This document shows positions 16,757 through 25,542 of a DNA stretch of 27,141 nt, piece by piece. Made by a program: the position numbers and the translations under genes. The notes beneath the pieces are model-generated. The model had not been told where the DNA came from. It did not search any database and worked only from the letters and a program-made list of their open reading frames with translations. The DNA is from Desulfurella sp. (GTDB taxonomy: Bacteria; Campylobacterota_A; Desulfurellia; Desulfurellales; Desulfurellaceae), in contig JAVRLY010000006.1 in NCBI GenBank assembly GCA_031960885.1, positions 1 to 27,141 on the forward strand, read 5' to 3'. The stretch's first letter is position 1. Each line of letters starts with the position of its first letter.

Positions 16757-17813
16757 TTTCTCCCCTTCTGTTTTTAAGTAATGGCTCAAAATTTTTGTAT
16801 ATTATCGTGATAATGCCAGCAATTGGTATTGCAAATATTATACCCAAAACACCGTATAGTTCACCAAAAAACAAAATTGATACAAGGGCAAGGAGCGGAT
16901 TTATGTTTATCGCTTTGGAAAAAATAAATGGTGCAACGATATTGCCAATAATAAAATGTATTGAGACGAATATTAATCCTACTTCTAGTGTAAGTAGTAA
17001 GCTTTTATTTATTGCGATAGACAAAAAAAGTGGCGGTATAATGGCCACTATACTTCCAATATACGGTACAAGGTAAGCAAGGCCACTTAGAAGAGCAAAT
17101 ATTATAGAATAATCAAGCCCAACTATTTTAAATCCAATGTATGTAAGAATTGTAACTATAAATATTATTATCAAAAGACCTTTTATATAGCCAATACTCA
17201 TTTGGTAAATTTGAATAAATATATTTAGGTAATTTTCTCCTAAAATATTATAAATAAAATTTTTTAAACTTGCTCTGTAATAATTTCTTGAAATAAGCAT
17301 AAAGTAAGAGATAATAGGAATAATGACTAAAGCAGAAAGCGCGGTTAAGCCTTTTATAATACTAAACATAGAAGATAGTGCAAAACTTGGCGCGGAAGTT
17401 TGGATATTGCTAACAAGTCCATTTAAAAATACTATAACCTCTCTTCTCCAACCAAAACGCGCTAAAATTGAGTAATACAAATGATTTAACACATTCTCTA
17501 AATTTACAATGAGTTGAGGTATAGATTTATCAAGATTATTAATTTGTTGAATCAATACCGGTACAATAAGTGAAAATATAAATACAATTATAGTAAGGGC
17601 TATCAACAAACCAAAAAGCGAAGAAAGCCATGTGGGTATGCCAATACGATTTGTTAGTTTTACAAAAGGGTACACGCTTTCACTTAAAAAGTAAGAAAAA
17701 ATCAACACCACTGTAAAAAAAACTACCTTGAAGAATAAAAGATAAACCAAACCTATAATTAAAGCAAAAAACACTATATGTTCAAAATATGTTTTTTGTT
17801 GACCTTTGGTCAA
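16743..17813 (-). CDS. AI-2E (PerM/UPF0118) family transporter
   Basis: About 8 hydrophobic segments, LVPYIG, GNIVAP..., INPL..L.SILFFGELYGVLGIIFAIP. Confidence 0.9.
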   Translation of the reverse strand: MTKGQQKTYFEHIVFFALIIGLVYLLFFKVVFFTVVLIFSYFLSESVYPFVKLTNRIGIPTWLSSLFGLLIALTIIVFIFSLIVPVLIQQINNLDKSIPQLIVNLENVLNHLYYSILARFGWRREVIVFLNGLVSNIQTSAPSFALSSMFSIIKGLTALSALVIIPIISYFMLISRNYYRASLKNFIYNILGENYLNIFIQIYQMSIGYIKGLLIIIFIVTILTYIGFKIVGLDYSIIFALLSGLAYLVPYIGSIVAIIPPLFLSIAINKSLLLTLEVGLIFVSIHFIIGNIVAPFIFSKAININPLLALVSILFFGELYGVLGIIFAIPIAGIITIIYKNFEPLLKNRRGESDNL

Positions 17814-17816
17814 AAT

Positions 17817-18191
17817 TTATATAACCTCTTCTTCTTGTTTTTCCCTTAGTCTTGCCCTTATTTCTTTTAAACGCTCTTTTTCTTCTTGTATGGCTTTTTG
17901 TGCTTCTTCAATGTTTTCTAATAAAAATTTCTTTTTGTCGTCAACATACTCTTTGCCTTTTTCAATGAGTTCTTTTGAACTTTGTGCAATTTTTGAAGCC
18001 AAATTCTCTATTTTTTCTTCAATGTTCTCTTTTTGTTGTTTTAGATTTTCAATACCTTTATCTTTTAGGTTGTATAATTTCCCTTTTGTATCTTCAGATT
18101 TTTCAGATTTAAGAAACCATACTATTGCAGCAGTTGCGGCGCTTAGCCCAATTAATGCCACACTAAGCAAGTACTTTTTACTCATCTTCAT
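17817..18191 (-). CDS. YtxH-like membrane-anchored coiled-coil protein
   Basis: N-terminal hydrophobic helix (ALIGLSAATAAIVWFL) followed by K/E-rich amphipathic helices, downstream of a DUF948-like gene. Confidence 0.65.
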   Translation of the reverse strand: MKMSKKYLLSVALIGLSAATAAIVWFLKSEKSEDTKGKLYNLKDKGIENLKQQKENIEEKIENLASKIAQSSKELIEKGKEYVDDKKKFLLENIEEAQKAIQEEKERLKEIRARLREKQEEEVI

Positions 18192-18636
18192 CTCCTTTAA
18201 ATTTTTTTACAAATTTTACAACTCCAAATAAGTAAGCATAAACTTCATCTAATTTTTCTTCTATTGACTCTACCCTATCAAAGACATATTCAATATGTGA
18301 CTTTGCTTTTTTATTAGTGTCGATAACGAGATTACTAGCAGATGATGCTGCTTCTTTAGCACTATCCAAAATATCAGACATGGTTGTTTTAGCTTTGTCA
18401 GATAGTTCTTTTACACCTACAAGTATTTCTTTTGACATGTTTACCATGTCTGTGGCTTTGTAAAACATATCTTTTGAATCAGCAACAAGTGGTTGAATCT
18501 CTTTTTTAATTTCTTCAATCTTTTTTTGCATCTGATTGTATTGGTTTTTAACCAAAATCAAAGCAACCAAACCTGCAATTGCAAAACCTAAATAAACAAT
18601 CGCTATAATAGCTAGAGAAACTTCGCCTATATTCAT
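18178..18636 (-). CDS. DUF948/YoxC/YtxG-like membrane-anchored coiled-coil protein
   Basis: Single N-terminal TM helix, then a long heptad-like helical region. ATG 18636 follows an AGGAGGTG SD. Confidence 0.65.
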   Translation of the reverse strand: MNIGEVSLAIIAIVYLGFAIAGLVALILVKNQYNQMQKKIEEIKKEIQPLVADSKDMFYKATDMVNMSKEILVGVKELSDKAKTTMSDILDSAKEAASSASNLVIDTNKKAKSHIEYVFDRVESIEEKLDEVYAYLFGVVKFVKKFKGDEDE

Positions 18637-18659
18637 TAAACTCACCTCCTAATTGTTTG

Positions 18660-18688
18660 ATTATATAACGAAAAGTTATAAAAATCAA
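18660..18688 (-). promoter_or_regulatory. Candidate sigma70 promoter for the DUF948...purM...accD run
   Basis: Minus strand reads TTGATT-N17-TATAAT. Confidence 0.65.
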
Positions 18689-19476
18689 ATTTTTTTGGAT
18701 AAATATTCTATAATCTCACTTGCTGATTCTTCTATTGATTTTTTAGTTACATCAATTTTTTTCCACTGTGGGTGTTTTTTGTACAGTTGTTCTGCATATT
18801 CAATTTCTTCATAAATTTTCGTTTTTTGAGCGTAAGCTTTGATGCCTAATTTTTTTGCCCGCTCTTGCCTTATTTCGTACAATCTCTCAGGACTTATGCT
18901 TAAGAAAAATATTTTATCTTGATCAATACTAAATAAGGTATCTGGAAGTTTTTCTCCTTTGACGATAGCAAAATTAGCTACTTTATAGCCTTCTTGTGAT
19001 AGATAAATACTTAATGGCGTTTTGCTTGTTCTTGATAAACCAATTAAAATAATATCAGCTTTATCTAAATCTTTTGCACTTTTATTGTCATCATGCATTA
19101 CTGTGTACTCTATAGCTTTTATTTTTTCAAAATACTTATCGCTTATTGTATGCAAAAGTCCTGAGGCTTTAATAGCTTTTTCTCCTAAAAATGTTTCAAA
19201 TTTTTCAATAAAATAACCAAACAAATCCATTACATCTATGTTGTTTTGTGATAGAATGTTGTAGAAGGTTAACCTTAGATCATTATCTGCAATCGTTGTG
19301 ACAACAAGAGGTTTTTCAAATAGAGCTTTTTTTAATATTTCAGCAATCTTAGCATTATTTACATTTCCAAAACGTCTAAGCGTGACTTCAGATTTTGGGA
19401 AATGGACCAGAAAAGCCCTTACAAACCTTAAAGCAGTCTCACCTGTTCCATCTGACACTACATAGATATATTTCAT
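18685..19476 (-). CDS. ppsR: PEP synthase/pyruvate phosphate dikinase regulatory kinase-pyrophosphorylase (DUF299)
   Basis: VVSDGTGETA, YF.KI.AIEY...HDD, ADIILIGLSRTSKTPLSIYL, IDVT.KSIEE. Confidence 0.93.
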   Translation of the reverse strand: MKYIYVVSDGTGETALRFVRAFLVHFPKSEVTLRRFGNVNNAKIAEILKKALFEKPLVVTTIADNDLRLTFYNILSQNNIDVMDLFGYFIEKFETFLGEKAIKASGLLHTISDKYFEKIKAIEYTVMHDDNKSAKDLDKADIILIGLSRTSKTPLSIYLSQEGYKVANFAIVKGEKLPDTLFSIDQDKIFFLSISPERLYEIRQERAKKLGIKAYAQKTKIYEEIEYAEQLYKKHPQWKKIDVTKKSIEESASEIIEYLSKKI

Positions 19477-19477
19477 A

Positions 19478-20512
19478 TTAATTCTCCAGCAGTTTTTTCA
19501 AAAAATATGAAAACCAAATAATCATTACGCTACTTATTGGGAATATGGGGTTAATAATCTTTGATTGAGACATTGCATTAAATAGCATTAATAATCCTAA
19601 AAAGACTAAAGCGCAAATCATGCCCAAAAATACCTTGCGTATAAGATCATCTTTTCTTGGAGAAACACTTAAACTCATAAAAAGCAAACATGGCAAAACA
19701 GATATAATGCTTAAAGCATAAGCGATTTTAAAAACAATTTCAGATATATATAAAAAACGATAATGTTTTGAGTTTTTTGATTTTTCATAGAGCTCAATAA
19801 TGTTTGGTGCTTGATACTCTAATCCTTTTACAAAGTTAACCAAGCTAAATTTTTCAATTTGAAGTTTGCTTAAGTGCGATAATTTAATACCATTTTTTTC
19901 CAATTCTATAATAGTGGGTTTTTCAAAAATTAAAGCAGAATTGCTTAGTTTTGTTAATTTAGCTATAGCTATTTTTTTGATGCTGTTATTGGTAACAAAA
20001 TATGCTTCGGTGTTGTAAGCTACTTTTTGGTTGTAGAAAATTGAATTAATTTTTACAAAAATATCATTTTCTTTTGCCCAAAGATCTTGATTTTTGTTTT
20101 CAATATACATTTCTCTTACAAGCAAAGCTTTATTGTAGGAATATGGCACTAAAAAATTGTCAAGAAATATCATAAACAAAACTAAAACAAAAGCAATTGT
20201 ATAAATAGGTATCGCAATTTTAAGTGTACTAATACCACTATTTTTCATTGCTAGTATTTCATTTGTGTGTGCTAGATATCCCAAACTAATGAGTGTGCTT
20301 ATGCTAAATATAAATGGTAATAACATGTATATTATCTTTGGTGTGTATGTAAGGTAGTAATACAAAATAAATGTCAACTTCACATTATTTGATATAAGCG
20401 TTGAAAGGTTATTAAAAAAATCAATTACATAAAACAAACTTAAAGCTAAAATAAAGACAATGAGAAAAATCTTTATAAATCTTTTTGCAATATATCTATA
20501 AATTAGCTTCAT
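19478..20512 (-). CDS. LptF/LptG (YjgP/YjgQ) family LPS export permease
   Basis: LIYRYI..F start, 3+3 TM layout with a periplasmic middle, NEILAMKNSGIS motif. Overlaps kdsA. Confidence 0.88.
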   Translation of the reverse strand: MKLIYRYIAKRFIKIFLIVFILALSLFYVIDFFNNLSTLISNNVKLTFILYYYLTYTPKIIYMLLPFIFSISTLISLGYLAHTNEILAMKNSGISTLKIAIPIYTIAFVLVLFMIFLDNFLVPYSYNKALLVREMYIENKNQDLWAKENDIFVKINSIFYNQKVAYNTEAYFVTNNSIKKIAIAKLTKLSNSALIFEKPTIIELEKNGIKLSHLSKLQIEKFSLVNFVKGLEYQAPNIIELYEKSKNSKHYRFLYISEIVFKIAYALSIISVLPCLLFMSLSVSPRKDDLIRKVFLGMICALVFLGLLMLFNAMSQSKIINPIFPISSVMIIWFSYFLKKLLEN

Positions 20513-21284
20513 ATTTTTTTGTTATAAACCAGTGTTCTAAAATTTCTGGTATAATTTTTTCAAATTCATCAAGGCTTATCATATTTGAAGCATCCGATAA
20601 CGCCTCTTTTGGATTTATATGGGTTTCAAAAAATAAACCATCAACATTTATGCTAGCAGCGGCTTTTGCCAAAAAAGGCGCATACTGTGGTGTACCTAAG
20701 CTGCTTTGAGCCCCACCGGGTAGTTGCATGGAATGGGTTGCATCGTAAATAACTGGTACACCTAATTCTTTCATAATCAACATACCTCTAAAATCAACAA
20801 CTAAGTTGTTATACCCAAAACTTGCGCCTCTTTCTGTTAGCCACACTTTATCGTTGCCTGATTGTTTAACTTTTTCAATAGCATATTTCATATCCCACGG
20901 CGCCATAAACTGGCCTTTTTTAATATTTACTATACGTTGTGTTTTTGCAGCGCTAACAAGTAAATCAGTTTGCCGACACAAAAAAGCTGGTATTTGAATA
21001 ATATCAATAATATCTTTTACTATGTTTGCTTGATTTGGTAAATGAATATCTGTTGTGACCTTCATATTAAATGTGTTTTTTACTTTATTTAAGATATACA
21101 TACCTGTATCTATATCAACACCTCTGTACGAATTTATGCTTGAGCGGTTAGCTTTATCAAATGATGCCTTGAATATGATTTCAATATTAAACTTCTCGCT
21201 TATGCGTTTTAGTCTTTCTGCTATATCTAAAACAATTTTTTCTGATTCTATTACGCAGGGGCCAGCTATTAAAAAATGTTCCAT
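20496..21284 (-). CDS. kdsA: KDO 8-phosphate synthase
   Basis: IAGPCVIES, FKASFDKANRSS, QIPAFLCRQTDL, KKGQF, ERG..FGYNNLVVD, DATHS. ATG 21284 follows AAGGAGG. Confidence 0.98.
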   Translation of the reverse strand: MEHFLIAGPCVIESEKIVLDIAERLKRISEKFNIEIIFKASFDKANRSSINSYRGVDIDTGMYILNKVKNTFNMKVTTDIHLPNQANIVKDIIDIIQIPAFLCRQTDLLVSAAKTQRIVNIKKGQFMAPWDMKYAIEKVKQSGNDKVWLTERGASFGYNNLVVDFRGMLIMKELGVPVIYDATHSMQLPGGAQSSLGTPQYAPFLAKAAASINVDGLFFETHINPKEALSDASNMISLDEFEKIIPEILEHWFITKKYEANL

Positions 21285-21304
21285 AAATACCTCCTTAATT
21301 ATCA

Positions 21305-21333
21305 TTTATATCAAATTGGTGCTTAAGATTCAA
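21305..21333 (-). promoter_or_regulatory. Candidate sigma70 promoter of kdsA-lpt-ppsR
   Basis: Minus strand reads TTGAAT-N17-TATAAA with an extended TG. Confidence 0.5.
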
Positions 21334-22940
21334 ACTCAAAAACTATATTTTTGCCAGATTGTTTTGCTCTGTACATAGCTAAGTCTGCATTTTTAATGCA
21401 GTCATGTAAGTTTTGGCAATGATCTGGCCAGAACGCAACGCCTATACTTACGCTACGCTTTATACCATCTATGTTGAATTCTTCAATGCTTTTTCTTATG
21501 CGATTAGCCAAGTTAATAGCGATTTGCTTTGGTATATCTTTGAGTATAACTACAAACTCTTCGCCTCCATATCGAGCTACTATATCGCTTGAGCGTAAAT
21601 TTGAGCTAATTATATTAGCAATTTCTGATAAAAATTTATCTCCCATCTTATGGCCATATGTGTCATTTAGAGATTTGAAATCGTCTATATCAATAAACAA
21701 TGTAGCAAACTGTATGTTTTGGGTTTTTATTTGGTTTGATAGTAAATCTAAGTACTCATTTAAAAAGAGCCTATTGTAGATACCCGTAAGTGGATCTTTA
21801 TAGGATTGATCCTTAAAGATAGATAACAGCAATTTGTAACCAATAATTTCTTTAATCTCGCTAAGCGATTTTTTAATGGCTTCGAGGTTTTCAATTGGTG
21901 TTTTATTTATAAGCTGCACAATTGTTGTAGATTGATTCTTATAGAATTTTTCAAATAATGGCAAACATACAATATAATAATCTTTAGAACAATCACTTGA
22001 AACAATATTGTTTGAATGTTCCAATAAAGCTTTATAACACTTGCAAGCTTTTATATTGTGTTTTGCTAATTTACAATTTTCGCAATAAATATTAGAAGCA
22101 AAGGATTTTTTAATTTGATTGTTTTCGGTAATAAAGATATTTACGTCAAATAAGCTATATTCTTTGTTTAAAAGCATTCTTAATGTTTCATAAACATCAT
22201 CCATATTCTCATGTGCTGTTATGGCATTTTTTAAGCGCTCTAGCTTTATAGTTTGGTTTGTATAATCAATAAAGTTGTTTATAATACACCCCACCTCATC
22301 ACTGAAACATGGTCTTTTTATATCTAAGCTTGTTATATTTTTAAACTCTTCTGAAATTGTTTTTAATTGTTTTATCTTTTTGTCAAATTGGGCTAACACT
22401 AAATAAAAAACAAATAATGATATTAAAAACACAATTAAACCAATCAATACACTTTTTAAGATAAATTCATAAAAGATATGTTTTAATCTATTTGTATGTT
22501 GTAAAATTATATTTTTTATATACTTTTTATTTACACTGCCAATTATTTCCATATTAAGAGATTTTATAAAAATGCTTTGCTCAAAGGCAACATCGCTTGT
22601 TTTGCCGTTTAAATAATAAATTTGGTTATTATATTTAATGTAGAAATGATAATTTTTATTAAAATTCATACTTTTAATTTTTTCAATAATTCCAATAGGA
22701 GGTTTATGGATGTTTTTATAAATGGTGTTTTTTATTGATAGGAGGTTATCATTAATGATGGCTTTTTCGTATGCAACCACTTGATTTTCTATAAAGGCGA
22801 TTTGGACTTTTAGATATTGTTTACTTGTAATGAAAAAAAAGTGAGTAACCCACTACACCTATTGCACCCATTATAATCACAAACCACAACAACAATCTAT
22901 ATTTGAAATAATAATTAAGTATAGCCATTAAGCGTTTCAC
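21323..22940 (-). pseudogene. Membrane sensor diguanylate cyclase (TM, periplasmic domain, TM, HAMP-like, Cys-rich GAF-like, GGDEF) interrupted by a 1-nt frameshift at the A8 run 22833-22840
   Basis: ORF 21323-22780 has DPLTGIYNR, DIDDFK.LNDTYGH..GD, an RSSD I-site and GGEEF. Upstream ORF 22940-22821 encodes the missing first TM helix (MKRLMAILNYYFKYRLLLWFVIIMGAIGVVGYSLFF). Removing one base of the run fuses them into 538 aa. Confidence 0.8.
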
Positions 22941-22947
22941 TAACTAA

Positions 22948-22975
22948 ATTATACCTAAATTTTGCTGTGTTGCAA
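22948..22975 (-). promoter_or_regulatory. Candidate sigma70 promoter of the DGC gene
   Basis: Minus strand reads TTGCAA-N16-TATAAT, ending 7 nt before GTG 22940. Confidence 0.5.
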
Positions 22976-23003
22976 TAATTAATTAGCTTTTTTTGTACGT
23001 TTT

Positions 23004-23012
23004 TGGTAAAAT
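23004..23012 (+). promoter_or_regulatory. Candidate extended -10 promoter of the MFS operon
   Basis: TGGTAAAAT, 6 nt before GTG 23019, with no SD. Confidence 0.45.
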
Positions 23013-23018
23013 AAAAGC

Positions 23019-24176
23019 GTGAATTGGTTTGCATTAATTATGTTATCCATTGGTCATATTATAACTGATATAAATCAGAGTGCTGTGCCTGCGATGTTAC
23101 CTTTTTTTAAGAAAGAATTCAGTTTGAATTATGCGCAAACGGGCGTTATATTGCTTGTAACGAATGTTTTTTCTTCTGTTGTTCAAGTGTATTTTGGACA
23201 TATTGGTGATAAAAAGAATATGAGGTATTTAATAATTTTAGGTATTTTGTTAGCTTCTTTTGGTGTTGCGTTATCTGGTTTGGCGCATAATTTTTATCTT
23301 TTATTGTTTCTTGTTGCCCTAAGCGGACTTGGTGTTAGTGCGTTTCATCCAATGGCTTTTAATGAAGCAAGTTACTATACAGGTGATAAAAAGGCAACAG
23401 GAATGAGTATATTCTCATTGGGTGGCAACATTGGTTTTGCCATTGGTCCACCACTAGTGTACTTTTTAATATATAAGTTTGATATGAAAGGTACGCTTGG
23501 CGTATTGATTATAAGTGCGCCAGTAGCATTTTTAATATACCATTCTATCATTCGCAAAAAAATTGAAAAAACAGAAAATAAAAAGATACATTTGCCCATT
23601 GAGTTTGTTGTTGACAAAACAAGCTTATTGTTTCTTGTATTATATATTTTGTTTAGGACATGGATATATTTTGGTTTAATGTCTTATTTGCCCTTTAAAT
23701 ATGCAATGTATTTAAAAACTCAGCCATCATTTATTTCAACATTGTTGTTTTGTCTTTTAGCGGGTGGAGCGCTAGGGACAATTTTTGGTGGTTTGCTTGC
23801 AGATAGAGTTGGTACAAAAAATGCATTGCTTTTTACTATGATAACAACATTTATTTTTAATTTAATTTTCAACAATGTGAAAAACAGCCCAGCGTTGTTT
23901 GTATTTGCTTTTTTAGTTGGTTTTGTTCTTATATCAACATTTTCTGTTACAGTTGTTTTGGCACAAGAATTTTTGCCTCATAAAAAAGCGCTTGCTTCGG
24001 GTATCGCGGCGGGTTTTGCAATCGGCACAGGTGGAATAGGCGTGAGCTTATTTGGCCTAATAAGTGATTCATTCGGTTTAAATGCTGTTTTTTATATTAT
24101 TGAAATATTGCCTATTTTTGCTATTGCATGCTCAGTTTTAATTAAGAAACCTAAACCACTTAAAATTTATGAATGA
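23019..24176 (+). CDS. MFS transporter, Fsr (fosmidomycin resistance)-like family
   Basis: GH...D.NQS..PA.LP, FGHIGDK, SAFHP.A, A.GMSIFSLGGNIGFAIGP, GGLLADRVG, AQEFLP....ASG. About 12 TM. Confidence 0.88.
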   Translation: MNWFALIMLSIGHIITDINQSAVPAMLPFFKKEFSLNYAQTGVILLVTNVFSSVVQVYFGHIGDKKNMRYLIILGILLASFGVALSGLAHNFYLLLFLVALSGLGVSAFHPMAFNEASYYTGDKKATGMSIFSLGGNIGFAIGPPLVYFLIYKFDMKGTLGVLIISAPVAFLIYHSIIRKKIEKTENKKIHLPIEFVVDKTSLLFLVLYILFRTWIYFGLMSYLPFKYAMYLKTQPSFISTLLFCLLAGGALGTIFGGLLADRVGTKNALLFTMITTFIFNLIFNNVKNSPALFVFAFLVGFVLISTFSVTVVLAQEFLPHKKALASGIAAGFAIGTGGIGVSLFGLISDSFGLNAVFYIIEILPIFAIACSVLIKKPKPLKIYE

Positions 24177-25542
24177 GCCATTTGTAATTTTGTGTGGTCT
24201 TGGCTATTTTGAAATACAACTGCTTGAAGAAGTTTCAAAAAGCTATCCTGTTGTAGCCATTGACATAGATCCTATAAAAATTAACTCGCTTAAAGAACGT
24301 TTTAAACAATGCACATTCATACATGCGGATGCAAGTAGTTTACTGACTTGGAAAAAACTTGATTTGCAAAATCTTGTTGCAGTTATTACAACTTTTAGGG
24401 ATAGCGATATAAATTTAGAGATTTGCCATATTATTAGGTTAAATTTTCATTTAGATAAGCCTATTATTGTTTTATCGTACGATGATAATCACCAAGAAGA
24501 ATTTAACCAGTATAATGCTAAAATTATAAAACCTATAGATATAGCAATTGAAACAATAATAAGCAGATTAAAGCGAAATTACTCAAAAGCTGTAAATATT
24601 GGTCTTGGCGATTATGAGATTATTGAAGTAAATGTACTGTCAAGGTCTCATTTGACAGACAAAAAACTAAGCCAGATAAAAGCAAAGAGTTGGCATGTGG
24701 CTGCAATTTATAGAAATGGCCAACTCATTGTACCAAATGGTGAGTCTATAATTAGAATAAATGACAAAGTCATACTTGTTGGTAACCCAAAGACACTTGA
24801 AAACATCGCAAACATTTTTTTAAAAGGCATTCCTCAATTTCCGCTTCAATATGGCCAAGAGTGTATAATTTTAGAAGATCAGCAAAAAAGTATATTAAAT
24901 GAAGCGGTGTATTTAGCTGAAAACTTAAAAGTAAAATGTACGCTTGTTTCATACAAGTTTCCAGCATTGAATGCAAATAATTCCAAAATATACCATTCAG
25001 ATGTTATTGTAAATAGCATATCAGAATTTTTTTTACTTAAAGAAGATATTGGATTATATGTGTTGAGCGAATTTAAAGATTTTTTAAACGTTAAACTAAA
25101 ATCGGTTTTTAAAAATAGCGCAAAACCATTTTTGATTGCAAAAAATATTTTTCCTTATGATGGTATTATTGCTGTGTTAAATTCTTTTGATATGCTGTAT
25201 GTGATTGAGACTGCTATTGAGCTATCAAAAATATTCAACATACCCTATAGGTTGCTATTAAATGTTATGCCTGATAATTTATCTTCATTGAGTGAAAAAA
25301 TTCAAATTAGAAAAGCAGCAGCGTTGGTTAGAGATTTTGAAAGTGTGTATAAAACAAAAATACACTTCAAAACACAGGTAAAAAACCCAATTATTGGTAC
25401 CATTGAATATGCAAGTAAATATAAAAATCATATAGTTGTGTTAAATTATAGTAAAGATTCAAAAATTTCTTTTTTTAAACCTCACATTGCATATTTAATT
25501 TGTAAAAAAGTAAGAAACAGTGTGTTGGCGATACCTCTATGA
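24169..25542 (+). CDS. RCK_N (TrkA-N) + RCK_C (TrkA-C) + USP-like C-terminal domains; probable antiporter regulatory subunit
   Basis: ILCGLGYF, AIDID, HADAS (RCK_N). EIIEV..S.L..KKL..AIYRNG.LIVPNGES.I..NDKVILVG (RCK_C). C-terminus IAY.I......SVLAIP, typical of USP ends. Confidence 0.8.
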   Translation: MNEPFVILCGLGYFEIQLLEEVSKSYPVVAIDIDPIKINSLKERFKQCTFIHADASSLLTWKKLDLQNLVAVITTFRDSDINLEICHIIRLNFHLDKPIIVLSYDDNHQEEFNQYNAKIIKPIDIAIETIISRLKRNYSKAVNIGLGDYEIIEVNVLSRSHLTDKKLSQIKAKSWHVAAIYRNGQLIVPNGESIIRINDKVILVGNPKTLENIANIFLKGIPQFPLQYGQECIILEDQQKSILNEAVYLAENLKVKCTLVSYKFPALNANNSKIYHSDVIVNSISEFFLLKEDIGLYVLSEFKDFLNVKLKSVFKNSAKPFLIAKNIFPYDGIIAVLNSFDMLYVIETAIELSKIFNIPYRLLLNVMPDNLSSLSEKIQIRKAAALVRDFESVYKTKIHFKTQVKNPIIGTIEYASKYKNHIVVLNYSKDSKISFFKPHIAYLICKKVRNSVLAIPL

